64,000 bases of DNA, from NCBI RefSeq assembly GCF_009914755.1, contig NC_060937.1. One strand, given 5' to 3'. Both the position numbers and the translations under genes were made by a program. Below are positions 1-14,312 of this stretch, piece after piece. The notes under the pieces are model-generated. The model was not told the DNA's origin. It did no database searches and was given only the letters and a program-made list of their open reading frames with translations. How positions within the stretch are numbered: position 1 is the first letter of the stretch; each line of letters starts with the position of its first letter. This DNA is from the human T2T-CHM13v2.0 reference genome, Homo sapiens.

Positions 1-1844
1 ATTCTCTCTTAAAGGGAAATGTGTACATACATTTCAAATATATTTAAATTAATGTATATATATTTATATAAGTTTTCCTACACTTAAAGTATGTAAAATG
101 TTCTCATTCTTTGCTACCTCATTTTATTATCAGAGACAACATAGCTAATAGTAAGTATTAAGGCTTGGATAATCCAGTATGAATTTGAGTGTAGAAGTTT
201 CAGAAAATAATTATGGCAAAATAAAATAATGTTCCAAACTATCACTTAAATTGAAAATATATGCAAATATATAATGGTCACACTTAAAAGAATATAAGAC
301 CAGAGCAAATATGATCCTAAAATATTTTGCTTTCAGGGAAACCACACATAGCTCAATTTCATTAACAATTCCATAAGCTTAATTTATTTTGTCTGCTTTA
401 TGCAATGAATGTGGTTTTTACAACAAAGTCTCACCAATCTTCATTACTGCCTGGTGATATGGTTTGGTTCATCACCAAAAGAAACCAAAGTGGAAAAAGA
501 CTAACCATTGCACTGGATAATATGCAATGTAAGTGATGCTCAAGATTGTTTGAAAACCAGTTTTTTCAAAAATCAATGATGGCCATGTAAGTTATTTTAG
601 TCCTTTGGTACAAATAACTATGTCCTTTAAAATGAATTGGTATAAAATTTCCTCCTGCCATCTCTGAGGGGTGTAAACAGTGTAAGTTTATGTGATTTTT
701 AAACACAAAAATATTAATATCAAAAATCTTTCAAGAAATATTTTGAAGAAAATGTATAACCTTAATAACAGCTACATTACTACTAATATTACTACTACTA
801 ATATTACTACTATTACTAAAAGGAATCAAAAAGTATCCTGAAATTAAAATCTAGAAAATTCAGAGAAAATTTGCTTTCAGAGCTATTGTGCTTATTGTGT
901 ATATATGTATGTATGCATGTATGTATGTGCATGTTAGTTTGTAGTTTGGTATTCTAATTTTTTAATTTATAATAAGGCACTCAGGCAATGAGGACAGGAG
1001 ACTGTCAACAAAGAGTCAGAAAATACTGAAAAATTATCAAACAGCAATCTTGGAGCTAAAGAATAAAATAACTGAACTAAAAAAAAAATGACTGGAGAGG
1101 TCCAAGGGCAGAGCAGATTTAGCAAAAGTAAGAATTAGCAAATGCAAAGATAGGTCAGTGGAATGTATCCATTCGTAAGATCAAAAAGAAAAAAAAAAAG
1201 AAAGACTGAGGAAAGCTTAAGGAATATACAGGAATGTATCAAGTGGACCAATAATTGGTGGCACAGAAGGAGACAGAGAGAGAAAGGGGCAGAAAGTTTA
1301 TTCAAAGAAATGATAGATGAAAACTTTCGAAATCTAGGGAAGGAAATGGACATTCAGATTCAGAAAGCCCAAGGAACTCCAAATAAAATAAGCCTCCTCC
1401 CAAAAAATGTCCATGCAGAAATACATTATAATCAAATTGTCAAATCTCAAATACAAAAATAGAATTTTGAAAGCAGCAAGCAAAAAGTAACTTGTTATGT
1501 ACAATGGAACTCTCATGGGATTTATAGCATATTTCTCAGCAGAAATATTGCAGGCAAGATGTGAGGCAGCTTCAAAATGTTGAAAGAAAAAAAAACTATC
1601 AATTAAGACTATCATACCTGGCAAAACTGTCCCCAGAAATGAAGGTGAGAAAAAGACTTCTCCTGACAAACAAAAGCTGAAGTATTCTATCACTCCTTGA
1701 CCTGCCTTATGATAGATACTAATGGGAGTTTTTAAACTTGAAATGAAAGGACACTAAATGGCAATATGAGGGTATAAAATTTTCTGGTGAAGGTGAATAT
1801 ATAGACATATACAGAATACAGTATTACTGTAATGCTGGTGGTTA

Positions 1845-2159
<315 letters not shown>

Positions 2160-2484
2160 CTTTTATTTCTAGTATAAAAGTTAAAAGAAAAAAGCATTAA
2201 AAATATATATGTAAAAGGTATTAATAAATACAAAATATTACAAGTGTAAATGGTGACACTGATAACATGAAGTGTGGGGAGGTCCAGTAAAAAGGTAGAG
2301 TTTTTATTATAAGATTAGTTGTTAAGTTGTTATCTGCTTAAATTAGACTATTATAACATAAATTGTTGTACATCAGCCCCATGGCAACCAAAAGGAAAAT
2401 ACCTGCAGAAGATGCACACACAAAAAAGGAATCAATGCCCTTCAATAAAAAAGGAAAAAAAAACCTCACTGGGACCCAAGAGAA

Positions 2485-2924
<440 letters not shown>

Positions 2925-3161
2925 CTATATGCTGTCAACAAGAGACTTTAGATTTAAGGACACAAATAGTTAGAAACTGAAGCAATGAAAAAACATATTT
3001 CATGCAAATGATAGCCAAAAGAAAACAGAGGTGGCTATCATGGCAGAAATCAGGATCCCTAAAAAATGTTGACACTCTTTTATTCATTGCAGCACAATTC
3101 ATAATAAGAGAGAGGTGGAGACAACATGAATGTCCCTTATCAAATGAATAAAGAAAATATT

Positions 3162-3162
3162 A

Positions 3163-3202
<40 letters not shown>
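3162..3202. repeat. (TG)n(TA)n microsatellite inside the L1 3' end
   Basis: Direct reading. Confidence 0.95.
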
Positions 3203-5707
3203 ATGGAATATTATGTCTTAAAAATATGAAAATCCTGCCAAATGCAACAGCATGAATGAACCTTAATATTATAATAATTGAAATAAGCCAGTCACTGATA
3301 CACAAATAGTGTATGATTCTACTCATATGAGATGTCTAAAAAAGTCAAACATTTATAAGCAGAGAGTAGAATGGCAGTTGCCAGGGGGTGGGGGAAAGGG
3401 AAAATTGGGAGTTACCATTTAACAGGTATACAGTTTCAGTTATGCAAGATGATTAAGTGACAGAGATCTATTGTACAATATCGAGCCTGTAGTCAACAGT
3501 GCATGCTGTACAGTTTAAAACTTGTTGAGAGTAGAACTCATGTTAATTGTTGTAATCAGAATAAAAAAAAAATTCCCATGACTAAAGAGCTTTCACCACT
3601 GAGACAAAAATTATATTATACCCACAGAATTGGAATTAATGTCTCAATTAAATTGGTTTTAACTGTTCAGATGGCTGAGGTTAAATATTGGTTAAGATTT
3701 TAATTGGGGCATCAGATCGATGCTAAAGAAAACCAAACAAATTTTCCTCGTGATCCAATTACAATGCTGAGTCATTTTATACACACTAGCATATGAAAGG
3801 TGGCTAAGTCCAAATCTTGGAAAAACAAAATTGTAATCTGAACCCTTAACTAATTACTTAATAACTTCCTTCAACTTTATTGAAATATGAATGTTTAAAA
3901 TTCTTAAACTCTTTATCAGGTTACTTTACCAAAATAATGGTTTTAACTAACCAATTTATTTCTTTGCTTATGTTTGAATTTCATGTTATATTATTTTTGT
4001 CTTGTAGGGAACAACCTTGAAAGATATTTGAATGGTATTTTCTTAAGTTTTGATCATGATTACATAGCCCTGTAAGTTTCCTCTTTTGCTTAAGCCAGTA
4101 ACTTGAAACTCAAAAGAGCCCTCACCCAGGAGAAGAAGAAAGCAGTGAAGTGGCTTTGCAAGAAGAGATCTTAGCTGTGAGATGAGAACTAGAAAATTAT
4201 AGTGTTTTGGGAGCAAAGAGAAAAATAATTGCTTTTTCAATACTTGTTTTCCTTGTCAGTTCCCATACACAAGCATATCCTAAGAGGAATACAATTTGGA
4301 GGAAACAAAGATTTAAAATTTTTATTTATTTTGGGTTAGAGGTTAAGATGAAATCTAGTTCCATGTTTTCAGAGTAATTTTTAAAACCAACCATTAAGCT
4401 ATGTTTTATATTTTTTGTTATGCATAGATTTATGTTTACATTTATTTTGGTTTCCTGGATTTATATTTGTCAATCAAGAATTGTTTTTAAGTCCTGATTA
4501 ACATTTTTTTCTTATTTCAAGACATTCAATATTTGAGTTGATGGTAAATTTTTAATAATTTATCGACAATATTTAGAATCTAAGCATATAAGTATATAAT
4601 TATTTCAGCTTACATGTATACATATATAGAGATATTTTCAACTGTTTTCTTATATTTTAGTCACATTTTTGCTTTGGCTAACTTTATGAGCAGAAATGGA
4701 ATCCATTGTGGACTTAAAATTTTATTCCTATAAAAAGTATTTTAAAATGTTTATTTTCTGCCTTTTAATTTTTTCACTAGCAGTAGAGTATTGTGAGCTT
4801 ATAAATATTTTAGCATAAAGAAAAAAGAGTCCCAGCTCCATCTTTCTTTTTTTGTAAGTAACATTTTCTTTCTAAGTTTTCTGCACCCTGTAGCTTCAGA
4901 AAAGTTTAAACAGTACCTTGCCCACATATCACGGGACCTGACAGACTCATACCTCATCTGCCCTTTCATCTAGTAACATCCATTATGGTTAGGTATAAAA
5001 ATTTTTTTAGAGTATTTAGCATAATTAACTACTTTGCAGTAATTTTATCCAATTATATATTTTTCATTACAAAATACAGTTCATTAGATATTACTGAACA
5101 AAAGGTATGTTTCAAACATTTTAATTATAGTGGAATTATATAACAGGCATGGTTATCAACAATGTTTTGCTCGATCAGCTATAAAATCTGTTCTTACTGT
5201 TAAACAATATAAAGCATGAAGTTGTTTCCTTGGTAATAACATTTGGCCCCTACATTAAAATTTTCCTTTTTTCATCTCAGAATCTCATAAGTGCTACAAT
5301 CACAATATAGCACCACAAAACACATTTAAATATTCATTTAGGATTGTTTAATTTAAGAACTATGATTTAGTTTGAGATTTGTCTGAAAATTGTGAACATA
5401 GTCATAGGCTTAGGGTGTAACTAACAAAATTTACGGGGTGAGAATAAGAGGAACATGAATTGCAATGGGGTGGTATGTATTGCCATAAGGTGAATTTTTT
5501 TAAAAATTTATGATTACATAATTAAGGTAAATAATTTTAAAATAGCTAAGTATATTTTGAATAAGACAATATGATAAAATATATATTCATTTCCATTGTA
5601 ATTTCTGAAATCATGTTGATAGAACCACCTATACCTAACAGCAATGATATCTTGGTTCTCTAATTGACAATTTTACCTATAAAATATGATAACATATCCA
5701 TTGAGGT

Positions 5708-6276
5708 TATGATGGTTAATATTAAGTGGTAAGTTGGCTGGTTTGAGGGGTGCCTAAGTGGCTGGTGAAGCATTCTTTCTGGGTGTGTTTGAGAAGGTGT
5801 TTCCAGAGGAAATTGCCAAGTGAATCAGTGGACTGAGAGAGGAAGATCAGCTTTCAATGTAGATAACCATCCAAAGGGCTGTGGCAGGCCATAACAAAGC
5901 AGGCAGAAGGGGAACATTCAACTTGCTTGCTTTTCTTTTTCCCTTCTCCTCATCTCTCACACACTCTCTGAGAGCAATACCCCTATTTGTTCTCCTGCCT
6001 GGGGCCATCAAACTCCAGGCTTTTTGGTCACTGGACTCTGGGACATGCACTCCCATGCACCAGCAGCCTCCTCTCCTGGGGGACTACATTTTTGGCTTCT
6101 CTGGTTTTGAGATGTTCAGAGTTGTACTGAGCCACACTGCTGGCTTCCCTGGGAGCCACACTACTTATCTGGGAGTCACACTACTGTCTTTTCTCATTAT
6201 CTAGCTTGCAGTTGGTTTATCATAGGACTTTTCCTTTGTAATCGTGTGAGCCAATTTTCCCTAATAAATTCCCTTT

Positions 6277-6322
<46 letters not shown>

Positions 6323-6375
6323 CTCTCTCTCTCTCTCTTCCTATTGGCTCTGTCACTCTGGAGAATCCTAATGCA
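5708..6375 (+). mobile_element. MLT2B solo LTR (ERVL)
   Basis: Starts tatgatggttaatattaagtgg (consensus TGTGATGGTTAATATT) and ends ctattggctctgtcactctggagaatcctaatgca. Internal AATAAA. Flanks gaggt/taggt form a degenerate 5-bp TSD. Confidence 0.88.
6279..6338. repeat. (CA)n(CT)n compound microsatellite
   Basis: Direct reading; lies in the MLT2 3' region. Confidence 0.97.
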
Positions 6376-6931
6376 TAGGTATTAATATTAAAAATATGTG
6401 TAGGGGTGTGTGTGTGCACACATGTGCACAAATGTATCTAACTATTGTTATGAGGCCAAATAAAATTGCTATATTATAGTTACAATGAGATGGGAGATAT
6501 ATTATTATAAAAATTTTACTAAAAAGAAAAAACAAATGGTGAAAATTAATTAGTTTTTCACCACTGCCGACAAAGTCACTCTTTCTCAGGCTCACCAAAA
6601 ACCAGTTTTAGAAACATTTATATTGTCAGTAAAATTCCTCCCTATATAATCATCATAATATTTAATATTTCCTTCTTTATTCATGGTATTATGCTTCAAA
6701 AAAGTAACAAAAAGAGTGTGACCTTTTAAAAAAATCATTGTATCTCAAAAATTTTTAAAAGTCTGATTATTCTAATTATTGATTTGACTTGAAATTTATG
6801 TATTTTGGTAATTTTATTTATTTTTATAAATTTTAAATGTTGTGAAATAATCTAATTTAGACTTTCCCATGTTGATAATGGCTATATTTTTGCCCTGTAT
6901 TTTTGCCCGTTTTGTGAGAGAATGAGGAGAA

Positions 6932-6964
6932 TGTGTGTGTGTGTGTGTGTGTATGTGTGTGTAT

Positions 6965-6996
<32 letters not shown>
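6932..6996. repeat. (TG)n(AG)n compound microsatellite
   Basis: Direct reading. Confidence 0.97.
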
Positions 6997-7493
6997 TGAA
7001 ATACTTGGTGTTTCCTAGTCCTTTTTATCAACAAGTACAATTTATTCACTGAGCAAATTTTCAGAGTTTTTCTGTGGAATACAATTATGCAACTGTTTGC
7101 TTTGCTTGCTTTTAAAATAACGAGTTATTTTAAAAATATAGCTGACCATGGGGTAAAAAAAACAAACAAACAAGCAGAAAATCCAAGCAATACCAAGTGA
7201 ATGTTCTCATGCCCATAAAAACAAGTATTTCAACATGGCCTGGTGGGGTGGGCAGAACATCTGATGAAATTAAAGAATCATCGGTTTTGTGAGGGTGTTT
7301 ATAACTTTTCCTTCTTGTTCTTTATGAAAACTTGAGATTTTGTAGTATTTCTTAATAAGTTGTGGCTCATGTTTCATAGTTTACATAGGTAATTTTATCA
7401 ACATTTCATGTTAGAATTTTCATATTATAGGCATATTTCATTTTTTTTTTTTTTTTGCACTTTGCTTTGTCACACCTGGCAGATATTGGGTGC

Positions 7494-7787
7494 TTTTTTT
7501 TTTTTTTTTTTTTTTCCCGACGGAGTCACCCAGGCTGGAGTGCAGTGGAGCGATCTCGGCTCACTGTAACCTCCGCCTCCCAGGTTAAAGCGATTCTCGC
7601 ACCTCAGCTTCCCAAGTAGCTGGGACTATAGACATGTGCCACCACACCTGGCTAATTTTTTGTATTTTTAGTAGAGATGGGGTTTCACCGTGTTAGCAAG
7701 GATGGTCTCGATCTCCTGACCTTGTGATCCACCCACCTCGGCGTTCCAAAGTGCTGGGATTATAGATGTGAGCCACGGCGTCCAGCC
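7494..7787 (-). mobile_element. AluSc8-like, inserted in Tigger1
   Basis: caccgtgttagcaaggatggtctcgatctcc with an S-type right arm. TSD tattgggtgc (7484-7493) / tattgtgtgc (7788-7797). Confidence 0.88.
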
Positions 7788-8157
7788 TATTGTGTGCTTT
7801 TTACAAAGTAAAGATTTGTGGCAAGTTTTCATCAAGCAAGTCTACTAGCACACTTTTCCAACAGCATGTGTTCACTTTGTATCTCTGTGTCACATTTTGG
7901 CATTTCTCACAATATTTCAAACTTTTCCATTATTTGTATATTTGGTTTACCTGTGATCCCTGTTCATTGATGTTATCATTGTTATTTTTGGGGGTGCCAT
8001 GAACTGTGCCCATATAAGATGATGAACTTAACTGGTTAATGTCGTGTGTGTTCCGACTGCTCCACTGACTCGTCATTGCCCCAACTTCTTCCTCCTCAAG
8101 CCTCTCTATTCCCTGAGACACAACAGTATTGAAGTTTGGCCAATTAATGACTCTGCA

Positions 8158-9520
8158 ATGGCCTCTAAGTGTTCAAGTGAAAGCAAGAGTCACTTGTATT
8201 TCACTTAAAATTGAAAACTAGAAATGAATAAACACAGTGGGGAAGGCAATGTTGAAAGCTGAGACAGGATGGAAGCTAGTGCCCTTGTAGCAAACAGGCA
8301 GCCAATTTGTGAAAGCAAAGGAAATGCCTTGAAGGAAATTTACAGTGCAAGTCCTGTGAATTCAAGAATGATAAGAAGGCAAAATAGCCTTATTGCTAAC
8401 ATGGGAAAACAATTTAGTGGAACAATAGAAGATAAAACCAGCCAAAACATTTCCTTAAGCCACAGTCTACTCCAGATTGAGGATCTAACTATCTTCAGTT
8501 CTATGAAGGCTGAGAGAGGTGAAGAAACTGCTAAAGAAAAGTTTAAAGCTATTAATAGCAGAGATTGTTTCATGAGATTTAAGAAAAGAAGTTGTCATCA
8601 TAACAAAAAAGTGCAAGAGGAAGCAACAAGTGATCATGTAGAAGCTGCAGCAAGGTATCCAGAAGATTTAGCTAAGATTGTTAATGAAAGTTGCTACACT
8701 AGACAACAGATTTTCAACGTATTATAGATACGACAGCATTCTATTGGAAGAAGATGCCATCTAGGACTTTTGTAGCTACAGAGAAGAAGCCAATACCTGG
8801 CCTCAGAGCTTCAAGAATAGGCTAACTCTTTTGTTAGGAGCCAATGCACCTGGTGACTTTCAGTTAAGGCCAATGTCCGTTTACCATTCCAAGATCCTAG
8901 GGCCCTTAAACATTATTCCCAATCTATTCTCATGTGCTCTATAAAATGGAACAACAAAGCCTGAATAAAAGCACAGTGCTTATAACACAGTTTACTAAAT
9001 ATTTTAAGCCCACCATTACGACCTACTGCTTAGTTAAAAAAATTATTTGCAATATTATTGCTCATTGAAAATGCACCTGGTAACCCAGGAGCTCTGATGG
9101 AGATGTACTAAATTAGTGATGTTTTCATGACTGCTTACACAATACCCATTCTGCAGCCCATAGATCAAAGAGTAATGTCAAATTTCAAGTGTTATTATTT
9201 AAGAAATACATTTTGTAAGGCTATAATTGCCATAGATTATGATTCCTATGATTGATCTAGGCAAAGTAAATTGAAAACATCCTGGAAAGGATCTAGATGC
9301 CATTAAGAACATTGTGATACAGGAGAGGAGGTCAAAATATCCGTATTAACAGGGAATTGGAAGAAGTTTAACACCTGTGGATGACTTTGAGAGGTTCAAG
9401 ACTTTAGTGGAAGAAATAACTACAGATGTGTGGAAACAAAAGGAGAACTACAGTTAGAAGTGGAGCCTGAAGCTGTAACTGAATTGATCCTATCTCATTA
9501 TAATGTATAATACAACTTGA
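8158..9520 (+). pseudogene. Decayed Tigger1 transposase (HTH/CENP-B-type plus DDE)
   Basis: ATGGCCTCTAAGTGTTCAAGTGAA start at 8158. ORF 8269-8727 gives [15 protein letters not shown]...FMRFKKRS...[26 protein letters not shown]. Frameshifts and stops elsewhere. The end coordinate is approximate. Confidence 0.85.
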
Positions 9521-9933
9521 AAGGATAAGAAGTTGCTTCTTATGTACCAGCAAAGAAAGTGGTCTCCTGAGATGTAATCTATACCTGGTGAAGATGATGT
9601 GAACATTGCTGAAATAACAACAAATAATTTAGAATATTGCATAAACTTAGTTTATAAAGCAGCAGCATAGTTTGAGGGGATTGGTTCCAATTTTGAAAGA
9701 TGTTCTACTGTGAGTGAAATGCTATCAAATAGCACTGCAGAGAAATTGTTCAGAAAAGGAAGAGTTAATTGATGCAGTAAATGTCACAGTTACCTTGTTT
9801 TAAAAAATGGCCATAGCCATGCCAACCTTCAGCACCCATCACCCTGATCAGTCAGGAGCCATCTATCAATATTGAGGCAAGACTCTTCACTAGCAAGAAA
9901 TTACAACTACCTGAAGGCTCAGGTGATCATTAG

Positions 9934-10258
<325 letters not shown>

Positions 10259-11304
10259 AATCATTAGCATTTTTAAGCAATAAAGTATTTTTAAATTAAG
10301 GTATGCAGATTGCTTTTTAGATATAATGTTATTGAGAACTTAATATACTACAGTATAGTGTAAACATAAATTGTATATATACACCGGGAAACCAAACAAT
10401 TTGTGTGACTGGCTTTACTGTTAAATATGCTTTATTGTGATGGTTTGGAACCTAACTCATATCTGTGATGTTCAGCTGTACATTTTTTCCCATTATGGTA
10501 CTCCTATTTTATTGTTAAGTTTTCATAAAATTAATTGATGGATTGACTGACCAACGGTGACTTTAGGTTAGTTATATTTCTTTATCAGGCGTCCTTGCAT
10601 AACGGACAGCTATTTTTGAGAATTCACTGTGCTGCTACTTAAGAAGCAACTGTTTTCTCCTGAAGGGGAAATTGATCAAGAAGGAAGAATGACAGCAATT
10701 AGAGTAAAGAATTGTGATGCATGCCCCAGTCTCTTTCTCACCAAGTCTAGACAAGACAGTACCTTATAGATGCCCCTCAAATCAGAAAAACTGAGGAGCA
10801 AGCACTGGCTTGTGAAAGTGAGGTCAAGAATGGAGAGAAGCAAAACACACAGAGCTCTTGGGGCCCAGAGAACATGGACATTGCTTGTCCCTTCAGTGTC
10901 CCGCTCTGTGATCTTTAGGATCTATCATTAAGAATTATGACAAGTGGAAAGTGTTAATTTTCCATTTAGGTCTATCATCTTTACCTAACATAAATGAAGG
11001 TTTCTGACAGTGAAATACAGAAAAACTCAGCCAATTGCTTGACTAAAAAGGCTGTGGTTTAGCAGAAACTGACAGCCATGATCTCAGGGATTATTGTACA
11101 CATTCATGTCTCTCATTAAATAAATATCAATAAAATTTTATCATTATCCCACAGAGTTTGTGTTACAAGAGAATGGATAATACTCAACTATAAATTTAAA
11201 TAAAACTTGCAGATTCCTAAATACTCATACCCCACCCTTATAAAACTGAAAACTTTAACCTTTTTTAAAGCATGCTTTTGAATAAATTCTTTTATTACAA
11301 AAAA

Positions 11305-11428
11305 GACCAGGGCACAGGGACACGTGCCTGTAGTTTCAGCTACTTGGAAGGCTGAGGTGGAAGAATCAGGTGAGCTCAAGACTTTGAGTCCAGCCTGAGT
11401 AACAGAGAAAAACCCCATTAAAAAAAAA
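11305..11428 (+). mobile_element. FLAM/FAM Alu monomer
   Basis: Single monomer of about 120 bp (gtgcctgtagtttcagctacttggaaggctgaggtgg...) with an A tail. Confidence 0.8.
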
Positions 11429-12409
11429 GTGAGAATATGACCTGTGGTGGAGAATCAACATTTCTTTTTTATTATAATTCCACATAGTCTCAGGAACAAA
11501 ATTCATGGAAATATCCATGATGTACTTAGGAAATAAGAACAATTTCCTTCTACTATTTGGAACATTCAATGCACAGCTTGAGTTCGGGGGTTGTGGAATT
11601 CAGATATTTATGAACAGGATTAACATACATAAACAATTTTTTTTGTTTGTCTCATAACACCAATAAGGTGCTAACAGAGCTCACAAGCTCCTTTATAATG
11701 GGATGAATGACTCTTGTATTGTAATTGCAAACAAAGCTGCAGATGCAATTCAAAATTATTTTTATGATTGCAAATATGTTGCTCATTGTTCCTTGTTTTA
11801 GAAGCAACCTTATTTTGCATTGAAAATTTTGTTAGCATCATATTTTGTAAAGACTTTGTATCTTTTAAGGTAAATCTATTTTTTCCTATGGGAGAATGCT
11901 GTTCCTGGGAAAGTACTAAATTCCTGAGACCAGTGCTATTCATGCTGCTATAATTAAGGTACAGTGCTTATACCTTAACCATAAAAATATTCATTTCAGA
12001 GTTTCATTTCATAGTCACATTTTTAGCTTACAGCTATCCAACAAAGCTTTGGGCATATTTTATTTATATATCCATGTATGCATGCAATGTGTTCAACATA
12101 TTTTTTTAAATGTCTTCTTCCTGGGAGTCATAAGGCATTTTTTCAACTTGTTTTTCAGACAAATACTTAAGTGAATGATATCAGAGCTCTTATAAGTGTT
12201 ATTAATAGATTATTTTTAAAAGTTTGTATTTTATTTTATTTAAAAATTTTCTTTTTATTTATATAGATGAACTTTCTAAATGAAATTATAAATCACCATA
12301 TTAATTTTCAGGGACATTTTCTGCACAGTAAGACTTAAAATTTTTTTAATAGAATTGAGATATGTTATTACGTTGAACAAAGCAATATAATGATATTCAA
12401 ATTTTGTTG

Positions 12410-12632
12410 ATCATTTACAATATTCCAGGCATTATCCTTGTTACTTTAATGGTGTTAACAAGTCTAATTGTCATAATAATGTTATAAATTCCTTGAAAAG
12501 TAGGAACTATTATTATTTTCATTTTAAAAATGAGAAAAGTGAAGCACGAGATTTTATTTACTCTCTCAAAGCCGTATAGCTAGTGGATTGTGAACCAATA
12601 TTAGATCCTAGGCTGTTTGAAACCAGAACCTA
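12410..12632 (-). mobile_element. MIR fragment
   Basis: MIR core cattttaaaaatgagaaaagtgaagcac...ctcaaagccgtatagctagt. Confidence 0.65.
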
Positions 12633-14125
12633 TATTTCTGTATGAAAACCTAGTCATATTACTAATCCTGATCAGTCTAATGAATTGCTCCCCCCCACCA
12701 TAAACTACTATTACTGAAAAAGAAAGTGTGATTTTTCAGCTATATAATTTTCCTCAATATAATCTTCCAATAGATTGTGAATGGCCAATTCATATTTTTA
12801 AAATACATTTATTATTGTTAATTACAATGCTACAATTACCTCAATTATTTAAGTCTTCTAATGTCTGTTTTGGATACTGATACAGTATCAGAAAATAATT
12901 ATGAATCTATCATTAGGGGGACTTATATCTGTTCAATTATCATTTTAATTTTTCCTGAGTAGAAGGTATTGATATCTGCTAACAAATGGAAAAACGCAGG
13001 GTTTTTTTGCAAGCCTTGTTTCCAAATAAAACCAAGTTAAAACATATTAAGTGTTTTGTTCATAATTACCTTTGGTTATGTGGCAGAGAAGAAAATAGCT
13101 GAAAATGCCAATAGGCTAAGCAAGAATGAACATTCCTAGGAATGACAATCTAGGAAATCTCAGTGTGTTTACAGCTTTACATTTTTTTTACTTTATTTCT
13201 ATTGTGTGGAATTTCTTAAAGAACGCTAAATTGTATTCTTGTCTGGTTTAAGTCTGAGGCCATCTGTTAGATTGATGTTGCTTACTGGTGATGCCAGAAC
13301 TGAAGAATCTTTTAGGGCAGTCCTCAAATTCTGTGCCTTCCTTTTTTCTTGCAGTTTGCCTTCCTAATCCTGGCTGCAAGAATTTGAACAGAGAGCAGGC
13401 GAGAGCAATATTTTAGTCTTTTTGGAAATTTACATGTAGGAAAGCAAGTAAATGCATATTCACCATGTGCATAGTTCATGGAGTGATGAGGACAATATGA
13501 ACCTCAGAGGGAGTGATTGTTTCACAACAAGGAACTCATGCACTTCAAATTGCTCAACACCTGGGCTTGAAATAAGTCCATACTCCTGCTGGTTAATGCT
13601 ACTGCCATAGTACTGGCAAGAAGACTGGCAGCTTGAGGGGGCATTCACAAAGTCGTACAGCACGTTAATTCTGCTAGTGTGTCTTTTTTTCCTGATTGGC
13701 GTGATTACAAGAAAGAAATTGCCCATATCTTCCTGCTGCTGCATCTGGTTACATGGCACAATGAAACCATAGTCTCTATAATGAGTTTATTGGTTTTAAT
13801 TCTCATTAATTTTGCTCATACAAGTATATTTTGCTGAAAATGTATAAAACGTTGAGTGTAATCTGGCACAATATTCTTTCATGTTCCTCAGTAAGCCATA
13901 ATATTATTCATATCCATATATTTTTATATTGCCTTTTCTTTAACTGCCTACAGTGCCTGACCTTTGCCTTATATATGATTATGGGTTGCAGAATGTAAGT
14001 AACAAAAATTTGATTATTCTTTGGTCTGTAAAACATGATTTTTAATAAATGTATTGGTTATGTTGAATATAAACTACTTAAAATACATTAATAATTTATC
14101 TTTCTGTTTGCATTATCATCAATGT

Positions 14126-14312
14126 ATATTATATATTATAATATATAATTTATATGCATATTATATATTATAATATATATAATTTGTATGCATATTATAT
14201 ATTATAATATATAATTTTATAATATATAATTTGTATGCCTATTATATATTATATAATTTGTATGCATATTATATATTATAATATATAATTTGTATGCATA
14301 TTATATATATGC
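14126..14312. repeat. AT-rich minisatellite, unit about 32 bp, about 5-6 imperfect copies
   Basis: Unit atattatatattataatatataatttgtatgc, repeated with indels. Confidence 0.9.

Noticed and set aside
6279-6996. Possible long hairpin between (CA)n(CT)n and (TG)n(AG)n
   Set aside because: The block order is complementary but not reverse-complementary, so both blocks cannot pair in one stem. These are common independent microsatellites.
8269-8727. TIGD1-like gene
   Set aside because: It is a fragment of an ordinary Tigger1 copy, with frameshifts and stops before and after. It is not an intact domesticated gene.
13355-13400. CLPNPGCKN peptide resembling an EGF-repeat start
   Set aside because: Cysteine spacing is wrong, an in-frame stop follows shortly and there is no canonical donor.
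14126-14312. CRISPR-like regular repeats
   Set aside because: There are no unique spacers and no cas genes, and the context is a primate genome. It is a tandem minisatellite.
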